Positions 53,967 to 64,000 of a DNA stretch of 64,000 bases are shown here, one piece after another. The DNA is from Parachlamydiales bacterium (lineage in GTDB: Bacteria > Chlamydiota > Chlamydiia > Chlamydiales > SM23-39): positions 160,001 to 224,000 of the forward strand of contig JBNLAH010000002.1 in assembly GCA_050302075.1 (NCBI GenBank). Direction: 5' to 3'. Position numbers and translations under genes: made by a program. A model generated the notes under the pieces. That model ran no database searches and was not told the origin of the DNA. It worked only from the letters and a program-made list of their open reading frames with translations. Every line of letters begins with the position of its first letter. Position 1 is the stretch's first letter.

Positions 53967-54057
53967 AGCAAATTTAATAATTAACTCAAGAAAGATAAGA
54001 ACAATGTTAGATATTAAAAAAGGTGTTTTTGTCTGACTTATTAAAAGGGATAAAATT

Positions 54058-54789
54058 ATGACAGTACCAGGTATATATTCGTTTAAAACAATAATTTCTC
54101 TAATAAATGATGTAGATAGAAGTTCTATAGAAGTTTTCAATTTTAAAAATTCAAAAGATAAACGCTTAAGGCAGCTTCATGAAATTATGAATATTTTTAA
54201 TGTCTACGTTGAAAGAATATCAAAAGAAAATAAATACGATTACCAATCAAATTCTATAGCTAGGAGAAATGTCAGTAATGAACTTTCTCTTACTCTAAAC
54301 GACTTTCTAACTAAAATCCTATTCTTAAAAATTAAAAAATTAAAGTCTTACATTGAAGTTTTGAATTATAAGAAGACTATTTCTGCTAGCACATTAAATG
54401 ATATAGAATATTTAGAATTATTTTATAAAATTAGATCATCACTTTTAGAGCTGTTTAATTTTAAAAAGTTTAGTTTTAAATGGATTGTCAGAGCTTATCG
54501 AGTTCTTTACCCAAACGAAATAGCTTTATGTGTTAATAGTGATTTAATAGTTACAAATGCGAAAGAAGTATTAAAGAACAAGAAAATCCCTTCTAAGGAA
54601 ATTACTCCTAGATATTTGGATACTTTATGCGCAGCTCAATTAATTTTAGAAAGAGCATCTAATATATTAGATTTGGAGCCATGGCAAAAACTTCCTTTTG
54701 ATCCTGTTTCATTTGAAAGTGGAAATGCAGAATATAGAGCTTCTATTTGCTCTAAATATTCAGAGCAACTTACTTCTAACGATTTTTAG
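54058..54789 (+). CDS. hypothetical protein, orphan family B member 3
   Basis: LNDFL...WIVRAYRVL...YLDTLCAA. Confidence 0.75.
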   Translation: MTVPGIYSFKTIISLINDVDRSSIEVFNFKNSKDKRLRQLHEIMNIFNVYVERISKENKYDYQSNSIARRNVSNELSLTLNDFLTKILFLKIKKLKSYIEVLNYKKTISASTLNDIEYLELFYKIRSSLLELFNFKKFSFKWIVRAYRVLYPNEIALCVNSDLIVTNAKEVLKNKKIPSKEITPRYLDTLCAAQLILERASNILDLEPWQKLPFDPVSFESGNAEYRASICSKYSEQLTSNDF

Positions 54790-54869
54790 GTATAGTATTT
54801 GATAAATTTTTAATCCCTGGGTATCTATAATCCATTATGATACAATAGAAGATTAACTTTAGGATGTAG

Positions 54870-55802
54870 ATGTTTGAAAATATCATAGGAAATGATCACG
54901 TAAAAGATATTTTACAAAAAAATATATCCTCCAGGTCTATCCCAAATACTATACTATTTCAAGGTCCTGATGGCATTGGAAAAAGTCTTTTTGCAAAAGA
55001 GATAGCAAAAAAGCTAATATCAACATCTGATAACAAAATAGAACATGGGTCCCATCCTGATTTTCATTTGTATCTACCCGCGGATAATAGCATCCACTCT
55101 ATCAAGTCGATGAGAAATATGATCGACGAGGTTTATAAGCCTCCATATGAAGGAAATGCTAAAGTGTTTGTCATTCATGATGCTGAAAAGATGCTAGAAT
55201 CATCAGCTAATGCCTTACTTAAAACTTTAGAAGAGCCAAATTTTGATAGTTATATTATTTTACTATCAAGTAAGCCAAGCGAGTTGCTGCCAACTATTAA
55301 ATCAAGGTGCTTCAAGGTTAATTTCAGCCCAATTGAAATTCAAAAAATAGTAGCTTATTTAGAGTCAGAATGTGGTAAGTCCAGAGGCCTAGCTACCTAT
55401 ATAGCCAAAATGGCAGCAGGCTCAATTGGACATGCTTATTTTCTTGCAAATAATGAAAATATTGAACAAATGCTAGAAAAATTATTAGATATTTTAAAAA
55501 GTCAGTGCATACCGGTGATTGACGACATTGAAGAGATTTGTAACAGTTTAAACTCTATTAATGATGGTATTGAAATTGTATTTTCAACAATCTTAATGTG
55601 GTTCCGGGATCAAACCCTTTGCTTAACTGGTGCAAATATGGATAATTTGTTCTTTAGAGATGATATGCCAGAAACTCCTTTAGAGCTTTCTCTAGAAAAT
55701 ATTCATTACTATTTGGATAGAGCTAAAGATGCAATCAATCGAAATATCAAGCATAGTACTTGTTTACATAATTTTTTTATTGAGCTCTACAGTAGAGCTT
55801 AG
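54870..55802 (+). CDS. holB: DNA polymerase III subunit delta prime
   Basis: GPDGIGK, HPD, ANALLKTLEEP, LPTIKSRC. Confidence 0.93.
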   Translation: MFENIIGNDHVKDILQKNISSRSIPNTILFQGPDGIGKSLFAKEIAKKLISTSDNKIEHGSHPDFHLYLPADNSIHSIKSMRNMIDEVYKPPYEGNAKVFVIHDAEKMLESSANALLKTLEEPNFDSYIILLSSKPSELLPTIKSRCFKVNFSPIEIQKIVAYLESECGKSRGLATYIAKMAAGSIGHAYFLANNENIEQMLEKLLDILKSQCIPVIDDIEEICNSLNSINDGIEIVFSTILMWFRDQTLCLTGANMDNLFFRDDMPETPLELSLENIHYYLDRAKDAINRNIKHSTCLHNFFIELYSRA

Positions 55803-56638
55803 TGTAGCTTCCCAGACCAACCTAGCTTTGTTCTTAAGGTATTAAAGTAGTCATGACGGTTTAAATTCACAAGCTTGAACTTTTGTTTACTTTTTGTAAT
55901 TGTTATTGAATCTCCAGTTTCTATAATACAAGTATCAACGCCATCATTATGCATCTCAATTGAAGGGTTTGTGCTAAGATATTGAATTTCAATTTTATGA
56001 TCTGATTTTAAGACAAATGGTCTATTTGAAATTGTATGAGCACATATTGGAGTAATTACAATAGAATCTAGCTCTGGGCTTAAAATCGGCCCACCGGCTG
56101 CAAGAGAGTAAGCTGTAGATCCATTTGGAGTTGCTACAATAAGACCATCTGCTGTAAAGGTATTAAGATATTTTCCATCTACGTGTAAAGATAGCTCAAC
56201 TAACGATTGATAGGCTCCACGATGGATAACAAAATCATTAGCAGCATAGAATTTTTTACCATGAACATCAGTGGCCTCTAGAATAGTTCTATTTTCAATG
56301 ACATATGCGCCATCTAAAAGATCTTGCATGCTGGGATAGATATCTGATATGGGAATATCTGCCATAAATCCTAAATAACCCAAATTAATACCAACTATTG
56401 CTGCATCAATTTCACTATAGCGATGAGAAAGGCGTAAAATTGTTCCGTCTCCTCCCATAGAAATCAAAAATTTGATATCTTGTTTATCAACCGCTGAAAT
56501 TTTTTCGACATCTAGCAGGTGGGCTTTTTCATCTTCGGCAACAACTGTAACGTTTTTGCTTTTTAAGAATTTTGCAATGTCTCTAGCAAGATCAAAAGAT
56601 TGTAGCTTTCTTTGATTAGGAAACAAGGCTATGATCAT
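55799..56638 (-). CDS. nadK: NAD kinase
   Basis: [36 protein letters not shown]. Confidence 0.96.
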   Translation of the reverse strand: MIIALFPNQRKLQSFDLARDIAKFLKSKNVTVVAEDEKAHLLDVEKISAVDKQDIKFLISMGGDGTILRLSHRYSEIDAAIVGINLGYLGFMADIPISDIYPSMQDLLDGAYVIENRTILEATDVHGKKFYAANDFVIHRGAYQSLVELSLHVDGKYLNTFTADGLIVATPNGSTAYSLAAGGPILSPELDSIVITPICAHTISNRPFVLKSDHKIEIQYLSTNPSIEMHNDGVDTCIIETGDSITITKSKQKFKLVNLNRHDYFNTLRTKLGWSGKLH

Positions 56639-58535
56639 TTTTACTTACCTTTTTGATTTCAAAAAAATTAATAATTTGTGAGTAAATAGACTCTAAATCT
56701 AAGCCAAGTTCTTTATAAAGAAGATTATTTTTACCATGCTGGACAAAAGTATCTGGAATTCCCAGGTTTAAAACTCTAACATTTTGATTAAGCTCATTTT
56801 TCATGATAAATTGATTAATCATACTTCCAAGACCACCAGTCAAGCTATGCTCTTCTAGCGTAACAATGTTTTTATGTGTGCTTAATAATTCATAGAACAA
56901 TTCAGCGTCAAGAGGCTTAATAAAAACAGGGTCAACAATTGTAGGATTAATACCATCTTTTTTTAAGAGTTTTTTAACTTCTAACGCTAGACCATTCATG
57001 TGACCTAAGCTTATGATAGCTAAATCTGATCCTGGTGATAATATTTCACCTTTGCCTAGCTTTCTTTCATTAACTGGAGTATCTAGGTCTTCTGTTGGCA
57101 TGTTAGGATAGCGAATCACACCAGGCTGTTCCCATGAGATTGAACTTTCTAAAAGTTCTTTTAAAATATGCCCATTTCTTGGTTGAGCTATAATCATATT
57201 TGGCATGCTAGAAAAGAAGCTAATATCATATATGCCATGATGAGTGCAGCCATCTGGCCCTGATATGAATGCTCTATCTAAAGTAAAGACAACCGGAAGT
57301 TCTTGTAAACAGACATCGTGAAAGATATTATCAAATGCTCTTTGAGAAAAAGTTGCATAAATATTACAAATTACTTTGATATCGTTTATTTTTGATAGAC
57401 CTGCTGCAAATGTAACTGCATGTCCTTCAGCAATCCCAACATCTAAACATCTTTTAGGATACTTTTCCATTATAGCACTTAAACAAGAACCAGCGGGTGT
57501 TGCTGGGTTTACGACAATTAATTGTTGGTTTTTTTCCATCATCTTCATCAGATGTTTCCCAAATATTTTTGGGAAAGTGATAGACCCAGAGCTATTAGTT
57601 AAAAATTTCCCACTTTCGATATCAAAAGGCTTCACACCATGGTATGTGGTCGGATTTTCAATAGCTACAGGCATTCCTTTTCCTTTAATAGTCATTACGT
57701 GAATGATGAGAGGCTTTTTAAGGTCTTTAATTGATTTGAAAGTGTCTATTAGCTTTTTCAAATCATGCCCATCTATCGGTCCTACGTAAGTTAAGCCAAA
57801 TTGCTCAAAGAATGCTGCTGGACTTACCAAATTTTTTAAAGATTCAGTAACTTTTTGCCCTTGTTTTGCAAGTTTTTGCCCATAGCCTGGAATTTTTGAT
57901 AGAAGCAGCTGTATTTCTTGGTATACTTTATTAGACCTTGGGTGGGACAGTAGCCTGCTTAAAATATTTTTAATATTGCCTACGCTTTCTGAAATAGACA
58001 TTTTATTGTCGTTTAATACAACAATAAATTTTTTAAGGTCATTTGGAATATTATTTAACGCTTCTAGTGTAAGACCACAAGTAAGTGAAGCATCACCCAA
58101 AATTGGCACAACATGATTATCTTCATCTAAAAGATCTCTACTTTTTGCCATCCCAAGAGCTAATGAAAATGCAGTCCCTGCATGGCCGGCATAAAAATGA
58201 TCGTGCAAAGACTCTTTTGGATTAGTGAATCCACAAAGACCTTTATATTTTCTAATAGTATCAAAGCGATTGTTTCTTCCTGTTAACAATTTGTGTGGAT
58301 AACTCTGATGGGAAGTATCAAAGATAAACTTATCAAAAGGGGAATCAAATACATAGTGAAGAGCAACTGATAATTCTACAATACCCAAATTTGAAGATAG
58401 GTGCCCTCCATTGACAGATAATACTTTTATTATCCTGTTTCTGATCTCACTACATAAATCTGTAAGGGCATCTATTGAAAGCTCGTTAAGGTCTTCAGGA
58501 GATTGTATTTTATCCAAGTAGAAATTTTTTTTCAT
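56616..58535 (-). CDS. dxs: 1-deoxy-D-xylulose-5-phosphate synthase
   Basis: [21 protein letters not shown]...[14 protein letters not shown]. Confidence 0.97.
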   Translation of the reverse strand: MKKNFYLDKIQSPEDLNELSIDALTDLCSEIRNRIIKVLSVNGGHLSSNLGIVELSVALHYVFDSPFDKFIFDTSHQSYPHKLLTGRNNRFDTIRKYKGLCGFTNPKESLHDHFYAGHAGTAFSLALGMAKSRDLLDEDNHVVPILGDASLTCGLTLEALNNIPNDLKKFIVVLNDNKMSISESVGNIKNILSRLLSHPRSNKVYQEIQLLLSKIPGYGQKLAKQGQKVTESLKNLVSPAAFFEQFGLTYVGPIDGHDLKKLIDTFKSIKDLKKPLIIHVMTIKGKGMPVAIENPTTYHGVKPFDIESGKFLTNSSGSITFPKIFGKHLMKMMEKNQQLIVVNPATPAGSCLSAIMEKYPKRCLDVGIAEGHAVTFAAGLSKINDIKVICNIYATFSQRAFDNIFHDVCLQELPVVFTLDRAFISGPDGCTHHGIYDISFFSSMPNMIIAQPRNGHILKELLESSISWEQPGVIRYPNMPTEDLDTPVNERKLGKGEILSPGSDLAIISLGHMNGLALEVKKLLKKDGINPTIVDPVFIKPLDAELFYELLSTHKNIVTLEEHSLTGGLGSMINQFIMKNELNQNVRVLNLGIPDTFVQHGKNNLLYKELGLDLESIYSQIINFFEIKKVSKNDHSLVS

Positions 58536-58538
58536 TTT

Positions 58539-58799
58539 TTAGAGCTCATTATTGGATAAGAACTCTTGTGACATAGGCTCGTTTTTTTCATCTAGCATAA
58601 GGGAGCCATCTCTAGTTTTGATTAATGCTTCAATCTTCTTCTCTGCTGAGTTTAGCTTTTGATTGCACTGATTGATTAAAGCATTTGCTTCTTCAAACAA
58701 CTTTAAAGAATCTTCTAAAGAGGCTTTATTTTCATTTAAAAGATTTAATATTTCTTCTAAACGCTCAAATGCTTTTTCATAGGAAAGCTCTTTATTCAT
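58539..58799 (-). CDS. xseB: exodeoxyribonuclease VII small subunit
   Basis: SYEKAFERLEEI...SLEDSLKLFEE. Confidence 0.93.
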   Translation of the reverse strand: MNKELSYEKAFERLEEILNLLNENKASLEDSLKLFEEANALINQCNQKLNSAEKKIEALIKTRDGSLMLDEKNEPMSQEFLSNNEL

Positions 58800-60225
58800 T
58801 TGTTCCTGCCGTTTTTATATTTTCTACACAAGTTGTAATGATACCATCTTTTAGCCTTACTTGTAAGTTATCATTTTTTTCTACTTGTTTTGCTGACATG
58901 ATAATTGAACCGTCTTTTTCAGAAAAGACGATGCTATAGCCTTTTTCAAGTAAATTTTTCGGATCAATTGCAATAAGAACATCTTTGAGATGGTTGATTT
59001 TTTGTTGTTTTTTTTCGATTATTTCAAAAATTTTTTGATCCAATAACTCTTTTAACTTTGGCATATCAAAACGAGCTTTCTTATGGCTTATCAATGCTTT
59101 AATTGAGGTGGTTATGCTGTTTTGGTAGCTTAGGGTCTTTTCTTTGAACTGTTTGCACTGAGTGTAGGGGTTGAAAGCTCTCAAATTTTTATTGAGGTTT
59201 AGAAAACTCTCTTTCTTTGATTTTAGGAAAAAATTTAATAAAACCTGAAATCGGTTTTGCATTTCGTCGATATCTTGGAATCTTTTTGAAAGTAGGGCGT
59301 ATGGCCTTGAAATTACTGGTTGATTCATCAAATCAAAATACCTTTGCTTGAGAAAGCTAAATTTTAAATTTATTGAATGATCAATGCTTCTTTTTGCATT
59401 TTGTAAAAATGTAGTAATTTGCGATATCTCTTTTGAAACTATTTCAGCTGCAGCTGATGGGGTAGGCGCTCTTTTGTCTGCTACTAAATCTGATATTGAG
59501 TAATCAGTCTCATGGCCTACTGCAGAAACTACTGGAATACTAGATTCAAAAATGGCATCAGCTACTATTTCTTCATTAAAAGGCCAAAGATCTTCTAAAC
59601 TTCCTCCGCCTCTTCCAATAATTAAGACATCTGCTAACTGATATTTATTAAAATCTTTAATAGCTTGTGCTATCTCTTCGGCAGCTCCGTTTCCTTGGAC
59701 TTTTACAGGGTTTAGGATTAGTTCAAAGTTAACAGCTCTTCTTTCCAGTACATTTAAAATATCTCTAATTACAGCTCCAGTAGGTGATGTTACTATTCCA
59801 ATTTTTTTAGGGTAGGTCGGTAAGGCTTTTTTTCTAGATTCATCAAAATATTTGAGTTCTTTTAACTTTTGTTTTAATTCGTGCAGTTTTAGTAAAAGTT
59901 CTCCCACACCCGCAAATTTAAGCTCCCTAATAATAAGTTGATAGCTTCCTCTTGGTGAGTAAACGGACATATCCCCAGTGACTATAACTTGGTCTCCATC
60001 CTTAGGAAGTCTTGTTAAAAACTGATTGTTGCCTCTAAAAAAAACAGTTGAAATTTGAGCGTCTTTATCTTTCAGGCTAAAGTAAAAATGACCAGAGCTT
60101 TGTCTTTTAAAATTACTTATTTCACCTTGGATCGTGATTCCTTTAAAAGATGGCTCTAAAATTCTTTTTATCTTATCTGTTATCTCAGTGACAGAAAAAA
60201 TTTTATTGATGTTTTCTTGTTGCAT
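58792..60225 (-). CDS. xseA: exodeoxyribonuclease VII large subunit
   Basis: GEISNF, SGHFYFSLKD, RGGGSLEDL, GHETD, PTPSAAAE; start trimmed to ATG 60225. Confidence 0.96.
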   Translation of the reverse strand: MQQENINKIFSVTEITDKIKRILEPSFKGITIQGEISNFKRQSSGHFYFSLKDKDAQISTVFFRGNNQFLTRLPKDGDQVIVTGDMSVYSPRGSYQLIIRELKFAGVGELLLKLHELKQKLKELKYFDESRKKALPTYPKKIGIVTSPTGAVIRDILNVLERRAVNFELILNPVKVQGNGAAEEIAQAIKDFNKYQLADVLIIGRGGGSLEDLWPFNEEIVADAIFESSIPVVSAVGHETDYSISDLVADKRAPTPSAAAEIVSKEISQITTFLQNAKRSIDHSINLKFSFLKQRYFDLMNQPVISRPYALLSKRFQDIDEMQNRFQVLLNFFLKSKKESFLNLNKNLRAFNPYTQCKQFKEKTLSYQNSITTSIKALISHKKARFDMPKLKELLDQKIFEIIEKKQQKINHLKDVLIAIDPKNLLEKGYSIVFSEKDGSIIMSAKQVEKNDNLQVRLKDGIITTCVENIKTAGTNE

Positions 60226-60316
60226 AAAGATATCATACCTTAATGACTTATTATAAAGAACTGTTGCAAGGAACATTTCTGATAAGATATGATTATTAAA
60301 AACTTTTGGAAAAAAA

Positions 60317-61063
60317 ATGGCCAGAAAAACAATCATTGCAGGCAACTGGAAAATGTACAAGACTGGCAGTGAGGCAGTTGATTATATCAATGAGCTGGCC
60401 CCACTTGTCACTTCTTCTGATCCTGATGTGCTTTTAGCCGTGCCTTTTACAGGTATTCATCAAGCAGCTGTAGCAGCCAGTAAAGCACATATTAGAATTG
60501 GAGCCCAAAACATGTTTTACGAAGAAGAGGGCGCTTTTACAGGGGAGATTTCAGCACTGATGTTGAAAGATGCCGGCGCTGATTTTGTAATAATAGGGCA
60601 TTCAGAAAGAAGACAGTACTTTCATGAGGACAACTCAGTAATCAACAAAAAAGTGCTACATGCAATAAAAAATGACTTGTTGGTTATCTTATGTGTAGGG
60701 GAGTCGTTAGCTGAGAAAGATGCGAATAGAACTGAAGAGATCCTCCATTCTCAACTAGTTGAAGGTTTAAAAGGCATTCCAAATGATTTTGTTAATTTTG
60801 TAATTGCTTATGAACCAGTTTGGGCTATAGGAACAGGAGTTAGTGCAACACCTGAAATAGCTCAGAAAAATCATAGCTTTTGCCGGAGTGTTCTGGCAGA
60901 GAAGTTCAGCAAAAGTCATGCTGAGAAAATCCCTATTTTATATGGTGGCTCTGTCAAGGGTGAGAATATAAAAATGCTAATGGAGCAAAAAGATATTGAT
61001 GGCGCTTTAGTTGGCGGAGCTTCATTGGATCCTAAATCGTTTGAAAAAATAGTAAATTATTAG
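60317..61063 (+). CDS. tpiA: triosephosphate isomerase
   Basis: GNWKM, GHSERR, AYEPVWAIG, YGGSV. Confidence 0.98.
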   Translation: MARKTIIAGNWKMYKTGSEAVDYINELAPLVTSSDPDVLLAVPFTGIHQAAVAASKAHIRIGAQNMFYEEEGAFTGEISALMLKDAGADFVIIGHSERRQYFHEDNSVINKKVLHAIKNDLLVILCVGESLAEKDANRTEEILHSQLVEGLKGIPNDFVNFVIAYEPVWAIGTGVSATPEIAQKNHSFCRSVLAEKFSKSHAEKIPILYGGSVKGENIKMLMEQKDIDGALVGGASLDPKSFEKIVNY

Positions 61064-61067
61064 TGTT

Positions 61068-61358
61068 ATGAGTGTTTTATTTTACATAGGTTTATTCCTT
61101 TTTTTAGGTCTTTGTTTACTTCTTTGTTTTGTGATTTTAATACAAGAGTCAAAAAGCACAGGGCTTGGAGCTTCGTTTGGAGGCGATCCGGGAGATTCTT
61201 TATTTGGGACATCTACAGCTCAGGTGTTGAAAAAATTTACCGGTTATTTGGCTCTGTTTTTTATGGCTAGCTGTATTATCTTGTCTTTGTGGACATCAGC
61301 TATTGGTAGAAAGGAATCAAAGCCATATTCTTTAGAGATCGAGCAAGCTGGTGAATAA
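61068..61358 (+). CDS. secG: preprotein translocase subunit SecG
   Basis: ILIQESKSTGLGASFGG; follows tpiA. Confidence 0.92.
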   Translation: MSVLFYIGLFLFLGLCLLLCFVILIQESKSTGLGASFGGDPGDSLFGTSTAQVLKKFTGYLALFFMASCIILSLWTSAIGRKESKPYSLEIEQAGE

Positions 61359-61360
61359 CA

Positions 61361-61897
61361 ATGATCTTGAAGCTTTGTTATTACAATAACCCGATTTTGA
61401 GAAAAAAAACTGAGCAAATCTTAGAAATTACTCCCGAAATAAAGCAGCTTGCTGAAGATATGATTGAGACTATGGATGCATCTAATGGGGTTGGCCTTGC
61501 AGCTCCACAAATTGGGAAATCAATTTCGATGTTTGTAATGAGAGAAGACAAGTATGACGATAAAGGAGATCTTGTTTTAGGGGATGCCAAAGTATTTATA
61601 AATCCTAAATTGTCTAAACCTTCAAAAACTACTAATGTTTTAACTGAAGGATGTTTGTCTTTGCCTGGGTTGCACTTGGAAATTGAAAGACCTGATACTG
61701 TCTATGTTGAAGCACTTGACATAGAAGGCAAGCCTTTTAAGGGAGAAGTAAAGGATTACTTTGCTAGAGTGGTAATGCATGAAAACGACCATTTAAATGG
61801 AGTTTTATTTTTTGATAGAGTAAGTAAAAAAGAAAAAAATGAAATTTTGCCAATCTTGAAAAAGATTAAGGAAAAATACTCTAAAATTTTAAATTAA
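61361..61897 (+). CDS. def: peptide deformylase
   Basis: GVGLAAPQIG, EGCLSLP, HENDHLNG. Confidence 0.97.
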   Translation: MILKLCYYNNPILRKKTEQILEITPEIKQLAEDMIETMDASNGVGLAAPQIGKSISMFVMREDKYDDKGDLVLGDAKVFINPKLSKPSKTTNVLTEGCLSLPGLHLEIERPDTVYVEALDIEGKPFKGEVKDYFARVVMHENDHLNGVLFFDRVSKKEKNEILPILKKIKEKYSKILN

Positions 61898-63418
61898 ACT
61901 TTCTCCAACTCTTATAGCATTTGCAATAATTGTAAGTGCGGGATTCACAGCTCCACTGGATGGAAAAAAACTGCCATCTACAACATGTAAATTGTCAATG
62001 TCATGAGTTTTGCAGTTGATATCCAATACTGATGTTTTTGGATCATTACCAAATCGCATTGTTCCCACCTGATGAGCCACTCCAGCTATAGGAATCTTCT
62101 TAGATAAATAGGCTTTATTGGGAAAATGATGAAAGTGTCCTGTTAGGTTTAGGATTCTCTTGAGCTTTTTTAAAAGCCTTTTATGAGCTTCGGTATTATT
62201 TTTTGTGTAATGAAGACAAATTTCTTTATTCTCATTTACTAAAACTCTGTTTTCTAAGTCAGGTAAGTCCTCTGATGTTATCCACCATCCCACAGCAAAA
62301 TCTGCCATGAGTTTAGTTATAAACTTGGGGGTAAAAGAAGGAGCGTCGGCCTTAAGCATATCTGGCATCACTTTCCCTAGAAGCTGAATATGTCCTAGAG
62401 GGAACTTGGAATCATCTGCGTTATGGTAAAAATCATTTATCCCTATAGTTTTTTGGAATTGAACTGTATTTCTCTTATTTCCAAGTGCCACAATTGCAGA
62501 ATTGTTATGGCACATATAGTTTCTGCCAACTAGATCAGAGGAGTTTGCAAGGCCATTTGGATAGTGCTTACTTTTTGACTTTAAAAAAAGAGCTGCAGAG
62601 TTGATAGCACCACATGAAACTATAAAGTTTTTTGCTTTAAGTATTTTTTCATTGTTTTCTTGAATTACTTTAATTGCTATTACTTTTTTACCAGTTTCAT
62701 CAGTTATAAGCTCTTCTGCCTTTGTATTTACCAATAGACTAACGTTATCTTTTTCAATAATTTGAACAATGCAAATGCGGTCTGCATCAGACTTTGCATC
62801 TACTAAACAAGGATATCCATCACAAGTACTACACCTAATGCACAAACTTTTATCTTTATTTTGTTCGTTTAATCTAACGCCTAAAGGCAAGTGAAAAGGA
62901 TTTAAATTTTCTTCTTTTATTTTGCTGAAGATATCTTTCACAAAAGGCTCGTGTGAAACTTCAGGATATGGGTAAGGAGCCTCTTCATGAGGCTCAGTTG
63001 GGTCTTCACCTCTTTTGCCATGTACTTCATACAACTTTTCTGCTTTCAAGTAAAAAGGCTTAAAGTCCTCATACCTTAAAGGCCAGGCAGGTGATGTTCC
63101 TCCATAGTGCTTTATTTCGTTAAAATCAGACTCTCTCAACCTTAGAAGTGCAGCTCCATAAAATTTGGTATTTCCGCCAACAAAATAGTGAGTACCTGGA
63201 GTAAACTTTTCTCCATCTTTATCTTTCCATTTTTCATCTGGATTGTATCTGCCATCAACAAAAACCGATCCTGCTTGCCAGTTTTCTTTTTCCCTCTTTA
63301 AAAAATCACCTCGTTCAATAATTAAGATTTTCTTTCCCACATCAGCTAAAATTTTGGCAATTGTTCCTCCACCAGCACCGGTGCCTACAATAATAAAGTC
63401 AAACTCTTCGTTTTCCAT
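61889..63418 (-). CDS. GMC-family FAD oxidoreductase
   Basis: GTGAGG, GGNTKFYGA, CIRCSTCDGYPC, GRNYMCH, HQVGT, NPALT. Confidence 0.92.
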   Translation of the reverse strand: MENEEFDFIIVGTGAGGGTIAKILADVGKKILIIERGDFLKREKENWQAGSVFVDGRYNPDEKWKDKDGEKFTPGTHYFVGGNTKFYGAALLRLRESDFNEIKHYGGTSPAWPLRYEDFKPFYLKAEKLYEVHGKRGEDPTEPHEEAPYPYPEVSHEPFVKDIFSKIKEENLNPFHLPLGVRLNEQNKDKSLCIRCSTCDGYPCLVDAKSDADRICIVQIIEKDNVSLLVNTKAEELITDETGKKVIAIKVIQENNEKILKAKNFIVSCGAINSAALFLKSKSKHYPNGLANSSDLVGRNYMCHNNSAIVALGNKRNTVQFQKTIGINDFYHNADDSKFPLGHIQLLGKVMPDMLKADAPSFTPKFITKLMADFAVGWWITSEDLPDLENRVLVNENKEICLHYTKNNTEAHKRLLKKLKRILNLTGHFHHFPNKAYLSKKIPIAGVAHQVGTMRFGNDPKTSVLDINCKTHDIDNLHVVDGSFFPSSGAVNPALTIIANAIRVGESLI

Positions 63419-63587
63419 ATTTACCTCTTAATAGAGTCTATAGCTAAAAGGAAAATCTTTGTAAAAGATAAAGTTAAGTTAACATTTCTCATGTTTAAGC
63501 AGTTTTACTAAAAATATGGTTGCAAAGATTTTGAATTTCAATTTACATAGCTTCGCTAATTTTAAATCTAAAAAAAAGGAGAGAAAT

Positions 63588-63914
63588 ATGGCGTCTGCAA
63601 CAAATCCAACAAAAAGTGACAATCCAACTCAACTTTCATCAACACAAAACCAACCTCAAGATAATATTCCTGGTGAAGTAGTTGATGCTATTGCTAATGA
63701 TATATTTTCACAGATTTCAGAAGCTGAAGAAGTAGAAGAGCTTTGCAAGATTTTTGGAAATATTTCTTTAACAGATCAAAGTGACTTAATAGGAGCAAAG
63801 CAAGCTGGCGTGATAGGTGACTTTGCTATTTCGTTAGTTATTAATGATGGTGATGATGATGATGCTAAAGATGCCTCTGTAAAAAATAAAGGTTCAGCAG
63901 ACCATCAGAAATAA
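63588..63914 (+). CDS. acidic low-complexity hypothetical protein
   Basis: ATG 63588 after AGGAG; S/T/N/Q/P-rich N-terminus. Confidence 0.6.
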   Translation: MASATNPTKSDNPTQLSSTQNQPQDNIPGEVVDAIANDIFSQISEAEEVEELCKIFGNISLTDQSDLIGAKQAGVIGDFAISLVINDGDDDDAKDASVKNKGSADHQK

Positions 63915-64000
63915 GCAACATTTATAGGTTTTTTGAGAAAACTGCAATAAGTGTTAAATCATGTACTTTTAGGGGGGGTAATTAAAAAAAATCCCCTCTG

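Overview
AT-rich, gene-dense chromosomal segment of a Chlamydiota bacterium, most likely an environmental (non-Chlamydiaceae) lineage. Chlamydial signatures are a Slc1/CT043-type T3SS chaperone near glgX, CT253/CT254-like and paired CNNM-CBS genes, nifS plus PP2C, dnaA-yidC, and the mgtE-DUF721-gyrB-gyrA-tmk-holB block. Most of the window is housekeeping. It also holds SRP RNA and a contiguous classical menaquinone operon (menG-F-D-H-B-A-C-E). Lineage-specific material sits in islets: (i) three paralogous membrane orphans at 0.7-2.7 kb with an unexplained GC-richer structured ~125-nt element between them whose end resembles an IS200/IS605 terminus; (ii) a divergent pair of membrane-anchored orphans next to Slc1 with a shared N-terminus, one carrying a caspase-fold-like His-Gly/Ser-Cys motif; (iii) three tandem paralogues with a repeated W-x-x-R-A-x-R-x-L helical domain between tmk and holB. 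A secreted serpin has a non-inhibitory-looking hinge. No CRISPR array, rRNA, tRNA, prophage or intact transposase was seen. All calls come from reading motifs by eye; no searches were run.
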